A DNA stretch of 32,000 bases, taken from an archaeon (lineage in GTDB: Archaea; Iainarchaeota; Iainarchaeia; Iainarchaeales; 1-14-0-10-31-34). A program made the translations under genes and the position numbers. Shown here piece after piece: positions 29,378 to 32,000 of the stretch. The notes beneath the pieces are model-generated. The model saw only the letters and a program-made list of their open reading frames with translations. It did no database searches and was not told where the DNA came from. The stretch's first letter is position 1. Each line of letters starts with the position of its first letter. The DNA lies in contig JAJRVL010000011.1 of the NCBI GenBank assembly GCA_024277355.1, positions 60,001 to 92,000 on the forward strand, given 5' to 3'.

Positions 29378-30700
29378 TCAAAAATTAAAATATTTTTTTA
29401 ACTCCCATTCAGAAACCTGAGTATTATATTCAAGACATTCAGCTTTTTTTGCTTTTATAAAGCTTTCAAAGATTTTTTCGCCTAAAACATTTTTAATTAA
29501 TTCATCTTTTTCTAATTCATTTAATGCTTCAGACAAAGAAGAAGGAAGTTTTTCAATTTTTAATTCACTCATTTTTTCTTCAGAAAAACCATAAACATCT
29601 TCTTCAACTGCATCAGGTGGAAAAAGATTTTTTTCTATTCCGTTTAATCCTGCTTCAAGCATTACAGCAAAAGCCAAATAAGGATTAGAAGAAGGGTCAG
29701 GGCAGCGTAATTCAATTCTTGCAGCTTTTTCTTTTTCCTTAAAAATTCTTGGAACACGGATTAAAGCAGAACGATTAGTTGTAGCCCAGCAGATGTTTAC
29801 TGGGGCTTCAAAACCAGAAACAAGTCTTTTATAAGAATTAATTGTTGGAGAAAGAACTGCGCTCATGGCTTTAATGTGTTTTAACTGCCCTGCAATAAAA
29901 TTCATTGCTAAATCTGAAAGATTATGCTTAAAAGAAAAATCACAAAAAAGATTTTTTCCATTTAAGTCAAATAAAGATTGATGAACATGCATTCCTGAAC
30001 CATTAATTCCAAAAACAGGTTTAGGCATAAAAGAAGCAAACAAATCAAAAGAAGACGCAACAGATTTTACAGTCTGCTTAAAAGTTATGGCTCTGTCAGC
30101 AGTAATTAAAGCATCTCCATATTCAAAATCAATTTCATGCTGGCCAAAAGCAACTTCATGATGAGAAGATTCAACTTTAACCCCTAACTCCAATAAAAAA
30201 GAAACAATTCTGCTTCTGACATTAGTTGCTAAATCTTTAGAAGAAAAATCAAAATAAGAACCAGTGTCATGAGGAACAGGCCTAATATCTCCGTTAGGCT
30301 TTTCAAACAAAAAAAATTCTAATTCAGGCCCTGTATTAAAAATAAATCCTTTTACTTTTGCTTTTTCAATTGTTTTTTTTAAAATAAATCTTGGGTCTCC
30401 TTCAAAAGGTTTCCCTTCAGGAGAAAAAACATCACAAATAAATCTTGCAGTTTTTTTATCCCAAGGCAAAACAGCATAAGTTGATGCATCAGGTTTAAGA
30501 TACATGTCTGACTCATGAATTCTGGCAAAACCTTCAATAGAAGAACCATCAAACCAAGTCCCTGTTTCTAAAGAATTCTTTAATTGAGCAGCAGGAAAAT
30601 AAACGCTTTTAATGTTTCCAATTATATCCGTGAACTGAAGAACAATTTCTTCTATTTTATCTTCTTTAACTTTATTTAAAATATTATCAAAATCAACCAT
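29378..30700 (-). CDS. glnA: Glutamine synthetase, type I
   Basis: The ATG at 30700 gives MVDFDNILNKVKEDKIEEIVLQFTDIIG; the ORF track uses a TTG 4 codons upstream. Motifs are FDGSSIEGF, KPVFGINGSGMHVHQSL and NPYLAFAVMLEAG. TATATAAA is centred about 26 nt upstream. Confidence 0.9.
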   Translation of the reverse strand: MVDFDNILNKVKEDKIEEIVLQFTDIIGNIKSVYFPAAQLKNSLETGTWFDGSSIEGFARIHESDMYLKPDASTYAVLPWDKKTARFICDVFSPEGKPFEGDPRFILKKTIEKAKVKGFIFNTGPELEFFLFEKPNGDIRPVPHDTGSYFDFSSKDLATNVRSRIVSFLLELGVKVESSHHEVAFGQHEIDFEYGDALITADRAITFKQTVKSVASSFDLFASFMPKPVFGINGSGMHVHQSLFDLNGKNLFCDFSFKHNLSDLAMNFIAGQLKHIKAMSAVLSPTINSYKRLVSGFEAPVNICWATTNRSALIRVPRIFKEKEKAARIELRCPDPSSNPYLAFAVMLEAGLNGIEKNLFPPDAVEEDVYGFSEEKMSELKIEKLPSSLSEALNELEKDELIKNVLGEKIFESFIKAKKAECLEYNTQVSEWELKKYFNF

Positions 30701-30721
30701 AAAAAAAGACAATTTTGTTTA

Positions 30722-30729
30722 TTTATATA
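30722..30729 (-). promoter_or_regulatory. glnA TATA box (minus-sense AAAGCTATATAAAT)
   Basis: The minus-sense sequence ccgcaaagcTATATAAAtaaac is centred about 26 nt upstream of the glnA ATG at 30700, with a purine-rich BRE-like stretch 5' of it. Confidence 0.5.
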
Positions 30730-30807
30730 GCTTTGCGGAAAAAAAGTAAACAAAAATTTAGGAAATAAGGAAAATAATAAAAACTTGTTTATACTTTAAT
30801 TGATTTT

Positions 30808-31257
30808 ATGAATAAAAGTAAAAAAACGTTTAGCGAAAATTCAAGTAAAAGAGTTCTTAATGCATTAATTGAGAACTCAAGAATGTCATCAAGAGAAATC
30901 GCAAAAAAAGTCAATTTAAGCACTGCCACAGTAATAAAAAAAATAAACGAAATGAAGAAAAAAGGAATTATTAAAGGCTTTACTGCAAAAGTTGATTTTG
31001 AGAAATTAGGCTATGATTTTCCTGCTTTAATTGAAATAAGAGTTTCAAAAGGAAAATTGACTGAAGTCGAAAACAAAATAGCAAAAGACAAAAATGTAAA
31101 AGCAGTTTATGACATTACAGGGCAATTTGATGCTGCAATTTTAGCTGATTTTAAAAAAAGAAAAGAACTAAATGATTTTCTTAAAAAACTGCAAAAAATT
31201 GAATTTGTTGAACGAACTGAAGCAAAATTAATTCTGAATAAAGTAAAAGAAGAATAG
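30808..31257 (+). CDS. Lrp/AsnC-family transcriptional regulator
   Basis: 149 aa. The N-terminal HTH is VLNALIENSRMSSREIAKKVNLSTATVIKKINEMKKKGIIKGF, followed by a RAM/ACT-like domain (ALIEIRV...VYDITGQFDAAI). It is divergent from glnA. Confidence 0.85.
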   Translation: MNKSKKTFSENSSKRVLNALIENSRMSSREIAKKVNLSTATVIKKINEMKKKGIIKGFTAKVDFEKLGYDFPALIEIRVSKGKLTEVENKIAKDKNVKAVYDITGQFDAAILADFKKRKELNDFLKKLQKIEFVERTEAKLILNKVKEE

Positions 31258-31258
31258 T

Positions 31259-31269
31259 TTTATACATAA
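31259..31269 (+). promoter_or_regulatory. TATA-like box TTTATACATAA (copy 3 of 3)
   Basis: GTTTTATACATAACG lies directly after the lrp stop codon, about 49 nt upstream of the ATG at 31308. Confidence 0.45.
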
Positions 31270-31307
31270 CGAAAGGTTTTTATTAAAACAAATTTATTAT
31301 TTGTTTG

Positions 31308-32000
31308 ATGACTAGAAGAAGACACTTTAAAAGAAGCCCTGCAGGCGCTTTTGGAAAAAAACCTACTCATGGAACAGAGCTTTCTGTTGACAGGAAAATA
31401 GGCGGAGCTATAGGAAAACTAATTAAACAAAGAAAACAAGAACAAAGAAAACAAGATAAAAGAATGGCACAATTAAAAAAAATTTCAAAAACAAAACTTA
31501 CTCTTGCAGAAGAACTTGAGTTAATTAAACTAAATTTAATTAAATACCAAAAATTATTAGGAGATACTTCAAAAGGAGTAGTTACATTAAACCTTGCAGG
31601 AATAGGAAAAAAAAGGAATCTTTCTGAAAAACAACTAAAACAAATTTCAAAACTGCTTTATGAAGGAAATATTGAAGAAATAAGAAATTACAAGATAGAA
31701 ACTTTAACAGAAAAAAAAAGCACTCAACTAAAAACAATAATAAAAAAATATCCTGCAAAATTAATCCCTAAACCTAAATCTTTTACTCATTTGCCTTCAG
31801 GAAACATGCTTGCAAGAATTTCAGTTGAATTAAAAATAATTAAACCAAGAAAACAAGTACAGCAAGTAAATAAATATGGCTCCAGAATAGGAAAACCAAA
31901 GCAAATAACAGAAGAAATTGAAACTACTAGCACAGAATTATTAGTTGAATATAATTTGAATAGTCTGCCTTCAAGAAAAAAGAAAGGAAACTTAAGAATT
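31308..32000 (+). CDS. Hypothetical basic protein; 3' end lies outside the window
   Basis: This ORF is absent from the ORF track because no stop is reached. It opens with the ATG at 31308 and runs 231 codons with no stop to 32000: MTRRRHFKRSPAGAFGKKPTHGTELSVDRKIGG.... It shares the KR-x-PAGA-xx-K-[KP]-xxx-G-x-E block with the 4967..6216 product. Confidence 0.5.
   Translation, partial: MTRRRHFKRSPAGAFGKKPTHGTELSVDRKIGGAIGKLIKQRKQEQRKQDKRMAQLKKISKTKLTLAEELELIKLNLIKYQKLLGDTSKGVVTLNLAGIGKKRNLSEKQLKQISKLLYEGNIEEIRNYKIETLTEKKSTQLKTIIKKYPAKLIPKPKSFTHLPSGNMLARISVELKIIKPRKQVQQVNKYGSRIGKPKQITEEIETTSTELLVEYNLNSLPSRKKKGNLRI

Noticed and set aside
1-32000. tRNA and rRNA genes, transposases, integrases, att-like long repeats, and restriction-modification, toxin-antitoxin or known defence genes.
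   Set aside because: I found no GC-rich cloverleaf-sized islands in the AT-rich background. No ORF shows recombinase, transposase, nuclease-helicase or methyltransferase motifs, and no long terminal repeats were noticed. Absence is judged by eye only.

Overview
AT-rich (roughly 30% GC by eye, not computed), densely coding window with about 35 genes. I found no rRNA, tRNA, CRISPR array, transposase or integrase. The context looks archaeal: a DtdA-type D-aminoacyl-tRNA deacylase, a RecJ/GAN-like DHH nuclease, a GH57 hydrolase, an archaeal-type GlgA, an Lrp/AsnC regulator divergent from glnA, and TATA-like boxes about 25 nt upstream of many ATGs (leaderless style), while other genes carry GGAGGTGAT-type Shine-Dalgarno fragments. 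By inference this is a small-genome, DPANN-like archaeon. Contents in order: (a) 1-3450, degenerate RecA/KaiC-fold (DUF835-like) proteins, a long coiled-coil protein, a GNAT and a small basic protein. (b) 3513-6796, a RecJ-like nuclease and two hypothetical basic proteins. (c) 6845-16942, a glycogen/alpha-glucan cluster: debranching enzyme, phosphohexomutase, GalT-family enzyme, eukaryote-type GT3 glycogen synthase, small wHTH, GH57, GT-B GlgA and a PfkB kinase. (d) 18123-20756, pyruvate phosphate dikinase. (e) 20898-26192, a bacterial-type MEP/DOXP isoprenoid cluster dxr-ispD-X-ispF-dxs. (f) 26328-32000, a small secreted protein, dtdA, hypotheticals, another DUF835-like gene, glnA/lrp and a partial basic protein. 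Main items for a second look: the MEP cluster in an archaeal setting, which lacks ispE and has an in-frame TGA inside dxr; a family of genes with basic MPKRK-type N-termini, two of which are split exactly at an A7/A8 run followed by TAA (a canonical -1 slippery configuration); two different glycogen synthase families side by side with no NDP-sugar pyrophosphorylase; and recurrent promoter and 5' sequence modules.
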